Source of the DNA: an uncultured Poribacteria bacterium
GTDB taxonomy: Bacteria > Poribacteria > WGA-4E > WGA-3G
NCBI GenBank assembly: GCA_951813565.1
Contig: OX638351.1
Location: 1,664,001-1,728,000, forward strand
DNA length: 64,000 bases
Reading direction: 5' to 3'
Below, one piece after another: positions 1-8,963 of this stretch. The notes beneath the pieces are model-generated. The model was not told the origin of the DNA and made no database searches. It saw nothing but the letters and a program-made list of their open reading frames with translations. How positions within the stretch are numbered: position 1 is the first letter of the stretch; each line of letters starts with the position of its first letter. The translations under genes were made by a program, and so were the position numbers.

Positions 1-276
1 CCTGCAGGTTTTCGCTTTGTCGCAGCTACAGATTGGGCATATCGTAGCCGAGTGCAGTTTTTTCTCTACGACTCTGTGGAATTCAGCGATGATTGGCTCT
101 TGGAGGGAGGCTTACGGGTTGCTTGCCACTTACCTGATGGCGACACAGAGGTGGCACTTATAGGACGTAACATTCTCAACGATACGTCTCCCACTGGTGG
201 TATTGATTTTAATAATCTAACTGGTTATGTCAATGAACCTCGGTTTTGGAGTTTGGAATTGGTGCGGCGATTCTGA
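1..276 (+). CDS. TonB-dependent outer-membrane receptor, C-terminal fragment (5' end outside window)
   Basis: Frame open from base 1 (PAGFRFVAATDWAYRSRVQFF...); ends GRNILND...NEPRFWSLELVRRF with terminal Phe, typical of TonB-dependent beta-barrel C-termini. Confidence 0.7.
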   Translation, partial: PAGFRFVAATDWAYRSRVQFFLYDSVEFSDDWLLEGGLRVACHLPDGDTEVALIGRNILNDTSPTGGIDFNNLTGYVNEPRFWSLELVRRF

Positions 277-301
277 ACACATCAGAAACTTTGTATCTAC
301 C

Positions 302-1603
302 TCAAGAATTCAACAAACTACGCTTTTTATTCATAGAGTTTAATCTTCTGAGGGTGCGTTCCACGGTTCGTAGGCGTCGGCGTACGAAAGTTTGTTTGGG
401 ATTTAACCTAAGTAACTTGGTAAAATCGTCAATTGCCTCTTGATATAACCGCTGTGCTTCAGCTATATTTTCATCTCCTATTTCAAATTCAGCCATCATA
501 CATTTTGCTTGACCTCGATTTAGGCGACCTAAGATATAATTTGGGTTCATTTGAAGTGCTTGATTGAGGTCATCAAGCATGTCGTGTAAATCCCCGAGTG
601 CACCTTTAGTAGAAGCCCGATTGTTGTAGGAAAAGATATCATAAGGATTTTCTTTAATAGCCTTATCAAAGTCTTTGAGTGCTCCGACGTAATTCCCGAG
701 GCGTGACTTCATTCTCGCTATTCTTGCGTGAATGCCACATAAACCCGGGTTAAGTTTTCGGGCAGAATTATACGCATTTAGTGCTTCTCTGTCGTAATTA
801 AAATCCGCATATTTGTCACCTTTACTTTCCATGTTATAAGCGCGCACGCGTGCATTTTTTTTCCACTGTGCCAAAGGTATTACATTTCCTGAATTAGCAA
901 TTAAAGTATTGATCACGTTGGAAGAAACCATAATTGTAGACATAGTGCTGAGATCTTCAACATCAGAATCTAACCCCGTGGTAGCAACACCAATGACTTC
1001 ATTGTTCTTATTCATAGCTGGGCTGCCGAAAGCTCCAGTAATAAATTCGGTTTTTACTTCGTAACGTATGTTGTCACCGTATCTACCTTGAATGTAACCT
1101 ATTCTACCCTGGTATCCCATCTCTAAATGGTATCCTGTGATATAAACTGAATCGCCTATTTGAATGGTGTCGCTGTTTCCGATGGATAGTGGGACACCCG
1201 TGTTAGTAACTTTAAGAAGTACCAGATTGTTTTTTGCATCATAGGTGGTTACCCCTTCAATAGTGATGTCTTCCGTACCGTTAATCTGAACATTTTTGTG
1301 TTGGCGCAACGGAAAAATATCCATTTCGTTCTGTTTCTTACCTAAGCGAGATGTGGCGTGCTCCCTTATTGTCTCATATTGATTTGAGGAAAACGCAACA
1401 ACATTTTCAGCATTGGCAAGAACAGCTATGGTCGTCACGATCTTGTCTGGTTCTACATAGAAACCTGTTGCAGTTATAATGTCTGGATATTCTGAGTCCA
1501 ATTCAAAGTTTTCGCTGTCATCAATTTCTATTTCCAAGTAAACTGTAGATTCTTTATTGTTATCAAAAATTTGTTGTAGTAAAGCGTCTTTTTGTTCTTC
1601 CAT
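302..1603 (-). CDS. Trypsin-like peptidase domain plus TPR protein, catalytically degenerate
   Basis: Paralog of the two upstream genes, but TTIAVL / NNLVLL / GAFGSP replace TNxHV / NDLxLL / GxSGxP; C-terminal TPRs (YNNRA, LNRGQA). Confidence 0.8.
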   Translation of the reverse strand: MEEQKDALLQQIFDNNKESTVYLEIEIDDSENFELDSEYPDIITATGFYVEPDKIVTTIAVLANAENVVAFSSNQYETIREHATSRLGKKQNEMDIFPLRQHKNVQINGTEDITIEGVTTYDAKNNLVLLKVTNTGVPLSIGNSDTIQIGDSVYITGYHLEMGYQGRIGYIQGRYGDNIRYEVKTEFITGAFGSPAMNKNNEVIGVATTGLDSDVEDLSTMSTIMVSSNVINTLIANSGNVIPLAQWKKNARVRAYNMESKGDKYADFNYDREALNAYNSARKLNPGLCGIHARIARMKSRLGNYVGALKDFDKAIKENPYDIFSYNNRASTKGALGDLHDMLDDLNQALQMNPNYILGRLNRGQAKCMMAEFEIGDENIAEAQRLYQEAIDDFTKLLRLNPKQTFVRRRLRTVERTLRRLNSMNKKRSLLNS

Positions 1604-1610
1604 AGTCTTT

Positions 1611-1751
1611 CTCCAACTATAGGGTTATTTAGTTCTCCATATTTTCGGTTATTCTTGAATGCCTCTCTTGCTGTAGGAGCGAGTTCCAGCTCGCGACTTT
1701 TTGACGAAAATGTGCAAAAACCCTAAAACTAAATAACCCTGCTCCAACTAT
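1611..1751. mobile_element. ~120-bp MITE-like element with flanking direct repeat
   Basis: TIRs agggttatttagtt / aactaaataaccct; ctccaactat at 1611-1620 and 1742-1751; internal GTAG hairpin; related copy near 23156-23259. Confidence 0.7.
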
Positions 1752-1767
1752 TTACCTAACAGTTTCG

Positions 1768-3075
1768 TTAGTTTGATATATTTTCAACATTGAGATCTAA
1801 TTCCTTCACCTTCGCAAAATCTGCTTCCGCATCTTCCTGCTGTCCGAGTGCTTCTTTCGCAATTCCTCTATTATAGTAGGCATACGTATGTTCAGGGTTA
1901 AGCCTTATAGCCAAATCATAATCTTCTATTGCCCCTTTGGTGTCACCAAGATCATCCTTTGCATTACCACGATTACAGTATGTGTTTGCAAATTCAGGAT
2001 TTAGGTGGATAGCCATATCATAATCTTCTATTGCCCCTTTGGTGTCACCAAGGTACTCCTTTGCATTACCACGATTACAGTATGCGTTGGCAAATTCAGG
2101 ATTTAGGCGGATAGCCATATCATAATCTTCTATTGCACCTTTGGTGTCACCGAGGTACTCCTTCACAATACCACGATTATAGTAAACATGATCCAAATCA
2201 GGGTTCCGTCGTAGTGCGTCATTATAATGATCTATAGCCTTATTGTGTTTCCCCTCCGCATATTCCAAGTTCCCAAGTTTTCCTTTGGAATATGCCCGGA
2301 CTCGCGGCCGGTTTCGCCATTCCTCAAAAGATATAATCTGTCCAGTATTTTCCATCAACCTTCTGAGCACTGTTAATGGAATTGCCCCAATCATTGAATA
2401 GGTATCAATGTCACTGTCACTTGGCAGCCTTCCGCCAGCATCAACAACTCCAATGACTTCACCTTTGCTGTTTAACACGGGGCCGCCGCTTAGACCTTCA
2501 CAATCCTTTGGTGAAATTTTTGCTTTTATCAGGAGTTGATAGTCGCTATTATGTCCGCTAAGTATGTTGCCTATTATACCTTTGTATTTTTTGCCTTTGT
2601 AACCGACAATAGAAACTGGATCTCCCCTCTGAAGCTCGTCGCTATTTCCAAGGGGAAGTGGCACACCTGTTTCGGCAACCTTAAGGATCACAAGGTCGTT
2701 CTTGTCATCGCATGCTGCCACACCTTCAATTGTGTAAATTGCTGTTTCATTGCAATTACGAGGTAGTTCAGGTACTCGATTTTCTTGCATCCTTAAGTGC
2801 TTAGGGGCCCTCCGAAGGGGCAGTTTTTTCATTGCCTCATAAACACGATTGTGAATAGGGGTCTTTTCAATCTCATACTGCTTTGCGGTGATTATCTTGT
2901 ATTTGACAATTGGCAAGTTCATAACGTGAATGTTTGTTGCAATCTTATCCGGTTCCACGAAGAAACCGATTCCAACCCCAGTTGTCAACCCAAATTTTTT
3001 GCCTTTCAAGAAAACAATAGACTGTTTACTGCTTTCAACTATATTTTGGTGTGTCTTTTCTCTTTTTTGTTCCAT
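1768..3075 (-). CDS. Trypsin-like serine protease plus TPR protein
   Basis: TNIHV, NDLVIL and GLSGGP triad motifs; TPR units YxNRGxxKxxLGDTKGAIEDYD. Confidence 0.85.
   Translation of the reverse strand: MEQKREKTHQNIVESSKQSIVFLKGKKFGLTTGVGIGFFVEPDKIATNIHVMNLPIVKYKIITAKQYEIEKTPIHNRVYEAMKKLPLRRAPKHLRMQENRVPELPRNCNETAIYTIEGVAACDDKNDLVILKVAETGVPLPLGNSDELQRGDPVSIVGYKGKKYKGIIGNILSGHNSDYQLLIKAKISPKDCEGLSGGPVLNSKGEVIGVVDAGGRLPSDSDIDTYSMIGAIPLTVLRRLMENTGQIISFEEWRNRPRVRAYSKGKLGNLEYAEGKHNKAIDHYNDALRRNPDLDHVYYNRGIVKEYLGDTKGAIEDYDMAIRLNPEFANAYCNRGNAKEYLGDTKGAIEDYDMAIHLNPEFANTYCNRGNAKDDLGDTKGAIEDYDLAIRLNPEHTYAYYNRGIAKEALGQQEDAEADFAKVKELDLNVENISN
1870..2185 (-). repeat. Three near-identical 102-bp TPR-encoding tandem units
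   Basis: LGDTKGAIEDYD repeated three times at 34-aa spacing with near-identical DNA. Confidence 0.85.
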
Positions 3076-3117
3076 TACAGGGTTCCTGTCTATTGCCTGT
3101 GCATTAGTGTCTAAGAC

Positions 3118-4608
3118 TTATTTTTCAAAATCTGGGTCTAATTCCTTTGCATTCGCAAAATCTGCTTTTGCTTCTTCGTGCTGTCCGAGTGCTTCTTTTG
3201 AAAGTCCGCGGTCGTGATAGTATAATGCCTTCTTCGGTCTGAGTCGGCTGGATTCATTGAAATCCTCAATCGCTTCATGGTGGTCACCGAGAGCAGCCTT
3301 TGCAGCACCGCGAGTATGATAAAAGGCAGCACGAACTCTTGAAAGTTTCGGATTGGACTTAAAAGCGGTATCAATATCGTCTATTGCAAATTGGTAACAA
3401 TATTCCGCTTCTTCTATATTGCCCAGTTTGTTTTCAAATTGCCCCAATAAATATCTCACCCATCCTCGACTATTATAGGTAATACCTGTCTTCTCTTTTA
3501 AATCAATTGTTTCAGAATATAGGTTGATTGCGTTTTTATAATATCTACGGGCTTCTTTATATTTTCCCTGATCCGTTGCAGATTTAGCTTTGCGTAGATT
3601 TGAGTTTGCATTAGCAGTTAACCAAAATCTTCTTCCCACAATAGAAACAAATAGATGGAGCGAAAACCGCAAACCATAAAGTTTAAGCATTTTCCATCTC
3701 CACGAGATGGACTCGCGAATATTTGAAAAACTAAATGGCACAGAATGGAATCTAAGCAAAGATATTAGATCAGTCATTGCCTCAGTTAAAAGTCCAAATT
3801 CAAGCTTTGCATCCGCACGGCCTGTATAAGCGTTCTGCATATCAGGGACAAGGTCAATTGCAATATCATAATGAGCAATCGCTTCTTTGTAATCTCCTTC
3901 GTTGCAAAACTTTTCTGCCGCGTCAATTTCGGCTAAATAACGCACATCTGGAAGTTCTTTCCATTCTTCAAAAGGCACTGATTCTGTTCTGTCCTGTAGA
4001 AACTTTTTCAATCTGTTTGAGGGGACAGCATAACCGCATACGACATTTCCAGCTTCATCAATCCTACTGGATTTCTTCACACCTATTACCTTTCCCTTAT
4101 TATTTAGGATAGGACTACCACTGCTCCCGCCAGTGGATTTAGTTGTCAGGCAGATCAGATCACCGCTTGGTCTTTTCCATATACTTTCAATAGTTCCGTG
4201 TTCAATCTTAGCATGATCATTTGGATAGCCAACAGCACAGATTTCATCCTCATCTTGAATTGTGTCACTATCACCAAGTGTAAGCGAAATACCTTCATAA
4301 TTAACCTTTAAAAGTATTAGGTCGTTTTTATTATCATAAGCCTCCACGTTCTCAATTTGGTATGATTCTTCTTGACCAGAAAGTTTTATGGTCACAGATG
4401 TTGCCCCAGCGATAACGTGAAAGTTTGTCACTATTAGATGTTTATCAATGAAAAAACCGCTACCATTATTCGTTTCAATTTTGATAAAATCAAATTTAGG
4501 GCGCGATGCAAGACAAGGAGTTTTTCTTTCTATATTCAAACACACAACGGAATTCTTTAGGGTATTTTCAGCAATTTGTTGTAAAATGGTATCTTTTTCT
4601 TGTTCCAT
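3118..4608 (-). CDS. Trypsin-like serine protease plus TPR protein
   Basis: TNFHV, NDLILL and GSSGSP motifs; TPRs; start set at MEQEKD (AAGGA RBS, matches paralog N-termini). Confidence 0.85.
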   Translation of the reverse strand: MEQEKDTILQQIAENTLKNSVVCLNIERKTPCLASRPKFDFIKIETNNGSGFFIDKHLIVTNFHVIAGATSVTIKLSGQEESYQIENVEAYDNKNDLILLKVNYEGISLTLGDSDTIQDEDEICAVGYPNDHAKIEHGTIESIWKRPSGDLICLTTKSTGGSSGSPILNNKGKVIGVKKSSRIDEAGNVVCGYAVPSNRLKKFLQDRTESVPFEEWKELPDVRYLAEIDAAEKFCNEGDYKEAIAHYDIAIDLVPDMQNAYTGRADAKLEFGLLTEAMTDLISLLRFHSVPFSFSNIRESISWRWKMLKLYGLRFSLHLFVSIVGRRFWLTANANSNLRKAKSATDQGKYKEARRYYKNAINLYSETIDLKEKTGITYNSRGWVRYLLGQFENKLGNIEEAEYCYQFAIDDIDTAFKSNPKLSRVRAAFYHTRGAAKAALGDHHEAIEDFNESSRLRPKKALYYHDRGLSKEALGQHEEAKADFANAKELDPDFEK

Positions 4609-4673
4609 AGAGGTTTTCCTTTTCAACTATATCCATTATACACCAAATCACTCAGGATTTATACCAAAAAGAT

Positions 4674-4703
4674 TTGACATGATGCTATAGAATGTGTTAC
4701 CAT
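4674..4703 (+). promoter_or_regulatory. sigma70-type promoter for the ileS leader
   Basis: TTGACA-N18-TACCAT with TGn extended -10. Confidence 0.6.
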
Positions 4704-4752
4704 ACATTAAAAGATACACTATCCAATTATAGTTTCCAAACGAGATTTTCTG

Positions 4753-4881
4753 ATGTTACATCTATCGCTTATCACACTGACATTGCAATATAAAAAGTCT
4801 GCCCGCCACACTGCCCTACACCAAGACCACCTTCGCGCCGGACGCATTATTATTGCAATTCGTCGTGCTGTGGTGGGCTAA
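4753..4881 (+). CDS. Putative ileS attenuator leader peptide (42 aa, IIIAI control codons)
   Basis: MLHLSLITLTLQYKKSARHTALHQDHLRAGRIIIAIRRAVVG; ATT ATT ATT GCA ATT at 4846-4860; followed by antiterminator/terminator pairing. Confidence 0.65.
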   Translation: MLHLSLITLTLQYKKSARHTALHQDHLRAGRIIIAIRRAVVG

Positions 4882-4907
4882 TCGCAAGCAGATAAAAAGG
4901 ACTATTG

Positions 4908-4957
4908 ACACGCCCATCACTGAAACAGACAATTTCGGTGAGGGTGTTTTCTTTTTT
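4908..4957 (+). terminator. Attenuator terminator upstream of ileS
   Basis: acacgcccatcactgaaa / tttcggtgagggtgt stem (two bulges) followed by tttctttttt. Confidence 0.7.
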
Positions 4958-5136
4958 AATAGTAGGTAGCAAACTAAACCTTTGACATGGAGATTGAGGC
5001 AACATGAGGAACTAAACATGTTTGAGTCAATCGTGCACCTTAGTAGAAAAGCCTCATGATGCCAACCCAGTACCCGTTTACCAAATAACCTGTTTCGGAC
5101 AACGGACGAAACAGACCAGGAGGCTAAAAGTTAAAA

Positions 5137-8100
5137 ATGTTTGAAGAGGTATCGCCGCAATTTACCTTTGCTGAAAAGGAGAAACAGACCCTTGCGTTCT
5201 GGCGTGAAAACGACATCTTTCAGAAGAGTATGGAGATGTACAAAGACGCGCCACCCTTTGTTTTCCTTGAGGGACCGCCATTTGCAAATGCACCACCCGG
5301 TGTTCATCATGTCCTTGCACGCATCATGAAAGACGCTGTTTGCCGTTATAAGACGATGACAGGACATTACGTCCATCGTAAAGCGGGTTGGGACACACAC
5401 GGGCTTCCCGTAGAATATCAGGTTGAAAAGCAACTCAATATCACAAATAAAGCGGAGCTGGAGGCTTACGGCGTTCAGAATTTTATTGAAAAGTGTAAGG
5501 AAAATGTCTTTCAATATGAACAGGATTGGCGGCAGATGACGGAACGCATCGGGTTCTGGGTGAACTTAGATGAGGCGTATATCACGTTGTCAAACAATTA
5601 TATTGAGAGCGTCTGGTGGGTGTTGCGGCAAGCGTGGGATAAAAAACTGTTGTATCAGGGGCATAAGGTGCAACCGTATTGCTACCGATGTGGCACGACC
5701 TTAGCAAGCCACGAAGTCGCGCTCGGTTACCAAGAGGTTGCTGACCCATCCATTTTTGTGCGATTTCCACTAAAAAATAGAGAGAATACTTATCTACTTG
5801 TATGGACAACGACACCCTGGACGTTGCCATCTAACGTTGCTGTTGCTGTCGGTGAAGATTATGATTATGTTGCTGTTGAACAAGACGGGCAATACCTCAT
5901 TCTCGCGAAAGAATGTATGTCAAGTTTATTCGGTGATGAACTTCCGAAAATTGTTGAGAACTATAAGGGCAGCAACCTCCAAAATTGGGAATACGAACCG
6001 CTATTTGATGCTGGACAACATCCGAAAAAATCTCACTACATTGTTCCTGGTGATTTTGTAACGACCACAGAGGGAAGTGGCTTGGTGCATATTGCTCCCG
6101 CTTTCGGACAAGACGACTATGATATTGGGCAGAGACATAATCTGCCGTTAGTGCAATTGGTGGGGGCAGATGGCAAGTTTGTCCCAGAAGTTAAAGACGT
6201 GTGGGCAGGTGAATATGTCAAAGATGCTGACCCGAAAATCATTAAGAACTTGGACGGACGCGGGTTGCTGTTCAAAGCCTCTGAGTATATACACCAATAC
6301 CCGTTCTGTTGGCGATGCGATAATCCGTTGCTCTACTATGCACGCGAATCGTGGTTTATCCGCACCACCGCCATCAGAGACCAGATGCGTCAGCACAATC
6401 AGGAAATCAACTGGTATCCTGAACATATCAAAGATGGTAGGTTCGGGAATTGGTTAGAAAATAACATTGACTGGGGATTGAGCCGTGAACGTTATTGGGG
6501 AACACCGCTACCTGTTTGGATATGCGACGACTGCGGGCATCAACACTGCGTTGGTAGTATTGCCGAACTGAAGGAACTCGGCACCGATGTGCCAGAAGAT
6601 ATTGAACTACACCGCCCCTACGTAGATGATGTTGTGCTTGCCTGTGCGGAATGTAGTGGCACGATGCACCGTGTGCAGGATGTGATTGATTGCTGGTTCG
6701 ATTCAGGATGTGCGCACACTGCACAATGGCACTATCCGTTTGAAAATAAAGAACTGTTTGAGCGTGCCTATCCTGCAGATTTTATCTCAGAAGCCATTGA
6801 TCAAACCCGCGGATGGTTCTATAGTCTCTTAGCCACCGGCACACTGCTCTACGACAAACCTGCTTACAAAAACTGTCTCTGTCTTGAACTTATTCTTGCC
6901 TCAGACGGACAGAAAATGAGTAAGAGTCGTGGCAACACAGTTGATCCGTGGACGATCTTGAACGAGCAAGGGGCAGACGCTATGCGGTGGTATATGTTCA
7001 CGGCATCACCGCCTTGGGCACAGCGAACCTTCAAACTTGAAGGCATTGACGAAGCGTTGAAGAAATTCATGGGGACGTTTCAAAATGTTTATAGTTTCTT
7101 CGTGATGTATGCCAACTTAGAGCAGGTTAATGTCTTAGAAGATGCACCACCGGTTGCGGAACGCGCTATCATAGACAGGTGGATTTTATCTCGTCTCCAT
7201 ACTTTGATTAACAAGGTGCGTGATGACATGGAGAATTACCATCTCACGAATGCACCGCGCGCGATTGAGGTGTTTGTTGATGACCTTAGCAACTGGTATG
7301 TTCGCCGTTCCCGCGACCGATTCTGGGGTGCAGAGGCAGGGCAAGACAAACAAGCAGCTTACGCCACACTTTATGAGGCACTTGTTACCGTAGCGAAACT
7401 CGCTGCGCCGTTCATCCCGTTTTTAGCAGATGAACTCTACCGTAATTTAGTCGGTTCGCTCAATCCTGATGCACCGCTCAGCGTTCACCTTGCAGAATAT
7501 CCAGTCGCAGATGCTGCGTTGATAGAGACTGCTTTAGAAAACGATATGGCGTTTACACGCGAGGTAATCAGCATGGGGCATGCTGCTCGGAATCGCTCCG
7601 GTATTAAAACGCGCCAACCACTCGCTGAAATCACACTCGGTGGACTATCTGACGCTGAAAAAGAGACCGTCAATCGTTTGGCAGCATTTGTTCACGATGA
7701 GTTGAATGTTAAGGAAATTGTTTTCACAGAGGAGTTGGACGCGTTCACACAGGTTACACTCAAACCGAACTTTAAGGTCCTGGGACCAAAATACGGCAAA
7801 GGTGTGCAGGCAATTGCAAAAGCACTCGCTACCGCAGATACAATGCATATAAAAGCGGAATTGGAAGCAAACAGGAGTTTTCAGATTGAAGCATCTGGTG
7901 AAACTTATACCCTTGAACAGTCAGAAATTGATGTGCAGACACAGAACCGAGAAGGCTTTTTTGTAGAGGTGGACGCGAGAAAATTTGTTGCATTGTCAAC
8001 AGAACTGACGCATGAGTTAGTGCTTGAAGGTATGGCACGCGAACTTGTCAACAAAATCCAGAATATGCGGAAGGATGCAGATTTTAACGTGTCCGATCGG

Positions 8101-8280
8101 ATTAAGCTCAGTGTGAACACATCATCTGCGTTGGTAGACGAAGCGTTCCAAACGCATCGGGATTACATCCTCACGGAAACGTTGACGACTGAGGTCGTTG
8201 AATCGCCAGGGGAAAATGCGTTCAGTTTTGACCAGAAACTCAATGGGGAACCGGCAACACTTAGCGTTGAACAAGTATAA
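5137..8280 (+). CDS. ileS: Isoleucine--tRNA ligase, type 2
   Basis: EGPPFAN, GVHH (HIGH variant), WTTTPWTLP, KMSKS, type-2 C-terminal region (LKPNFKVLGPKYGK, EGMARELV). Confidence 0.97.
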   Translation: MFEEVSPQFTFAEKEKQTLAFWRENDIFQKSMEMYKDAPPFVFLEGPPFANAPPGVHHVLARIMKDAVCRYKTMTGHYVHRKAGWDTHGLPVEYQVEKQLNITNKAELEAYGVQNFIEKCKENVFQYEQDWRQMTERIGFWVNLDEAYITLSNNYIESVWWVLRQAWDKKLLYQGHKVQPYCYRCGTTLASHEVALGYQEVADPSIFVRFPLKNRENTYLLVWTTTPWTLPSNVAVAVGEDYDYVAVEQDGQYLILAKECMSSLFGDELPKIVENYKGSNLQNWEYEPLFDAGQHPKKSHYIVPGDFVTTTEGSGLVHIAPAFGQDDYDIGQRHNLPLVQLVGADGKFVPEVKDVWAGEYVKDADPKIIKNLDGRGLLFKASEYIHQYPFCWRCDNPLLYYARESWFIRTTAIRDQMRQHNQEINWYPEHIKDGRFGNWLENNIDWGLSRERYWGTPLPVWICDDCGHQHCVGSIAELKELGTDVPEDIELHRPYVDDVVLACAECSGTMHRVQDVIDCWFDSGCAHTAQWHYPFENKELFERAYPADFISEAIDQTRGWFYSLLATGTLLYDKPAYKNCLCLELILASDGQKMSKSRGNTVDPWTILNEQGADAMRWYMFTASPPWAQRTFKLEGIDEALKKFMGTFQNVYSFFVMYANLEQVNVLEDAPPVAERAIIDRWILSRLHTLINKVRDDMENYHLTNAPRAIEVFVDDLSNWYVRRSRDRFWGAEAGQDKQAAYATLYEALVTVAKLAAPFIPFLADELYRNLVGSLNPDAPLSVHLAEYPVADAALIETALENDMAFTREVISMGHAARNRSGIKTRQPLAEITLGGLSDAEKETVNRLAAFVHDELNVKEIVFTEELDAFTQVTLKPNFKVLGPKYGKGVQAIAKALATADTMHIKAELEANRSFQIEASGETYTLEQSEIDVQTQNREGFFVEVDARKFVALSTELTHELVLEGMARELVNKIQNMRKDADFNVSDRIKLSVNTSSALVDEAFQTHRDYILTETLTTEVVESPGENAFSFDQKLNGEPATLSVEQV

Positions 8281-8291
8281 ATTACATTAAA

Positions 8292-8327
8292 AGAACAATC
8301 AGGCACCGCTAAGTGCCTGATTGTTCT
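8292..8327. terminator. Hairpin between convergent genes, probable terminator
   Basis: Perfect 15-bp stem agaacaatcaggcac / gtgcctgattgttct. Confidence 0.75.
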
Positions 8328-8358
8328 CGTTATATCCAGGAATTCTACTTTATAAAAC

Positions 8359-8952
8359 TCAATCGCACGCAGAACAGGCATTAGCACCAGATAAGTAGCA
8401 ATCCCATTCATCAGCATCAGCATGTGAGAAATCATCAGCATAAGCGTGCGCAATGTCTTCATAGTGGTATTCATGTCCATCATAATCGTGCATGTTCGCG
8501 CCGCCAACAATCTGTGCAGTTGCACTACAATGGCTCAGGAACTGTGCCGGAGGTGACAGGTGTTTAGGATCACCTGTCCACTTCCATTTTGCCTCAAGAT
8601 CATCATCATAATCACCTCTCCACTCACCATGGGGATTATCCCCAGTCCCATCTGGAAAAGACTTGTAATCTTCACGAGCAGTTAGCCAAAAGCCGTAATA
8701 TCCTTCATAATCATCGTCAGGCGCGTAACCTTGGATGTAGCCCCACGCCTTGAATTCAGTACCGTGGGTTTGCCATTCAGACCATTTATCGTGATCAACG
8801 TCAATACGGGCTTCGGCGTATAGTTCTGCTTGACTATCTCCTACCCGCTTCCGGGCAAATTCTTCTTGTAGATTTGCATATTTGTATTCTGCATGTAGCG
8901 GTGCCATCATTAGCATTCCCATGATAGCAGCACAAAGTATACGATAAAACAT
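8359..8952 (-). CDS. Secreted acidic hypothetical protein
   Basis: Signal peptide ending PLHA; AAGGAG RBS; D/H/W/Y-rich; Cys-rich C-terminus. Confidence 0.75.
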   Translation of the reverse strand: MFYRILCAAIMGMLMMAPLHAEYKYANLQEEFARKRVGDSQAELYAEARIDVDHDKWSEWQTHGTEFKAWGYIQGYAPDDDYEGYYGFWLTAREDYKSFPDGTGDNPHGEWRGDYDDDLEAKWKWTGDPKHLSPPAQFLSHCSATAQIVGGANMHDYDGHEYHYEDIAHAYADDFSHADADEWDCYLSGANACSACD

Positions 8953-8963
8953 TTGTTTCCTCC

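Noticed and set aside
5018..5059. 13-codon ORF MFESIVHLSRKAS with GAGGA, inside a ggcaacatgagg/cctcatgatgcc stem
   Set aside because: Too short and without informative composition; cannot be distinguished from chance.
4700..5136. T-box riboswitch upstream of ileS
   Set aside because: No T-box UGGNACC bulge or stem I motifs seen; a leader-peptide attenuator explains the structure.
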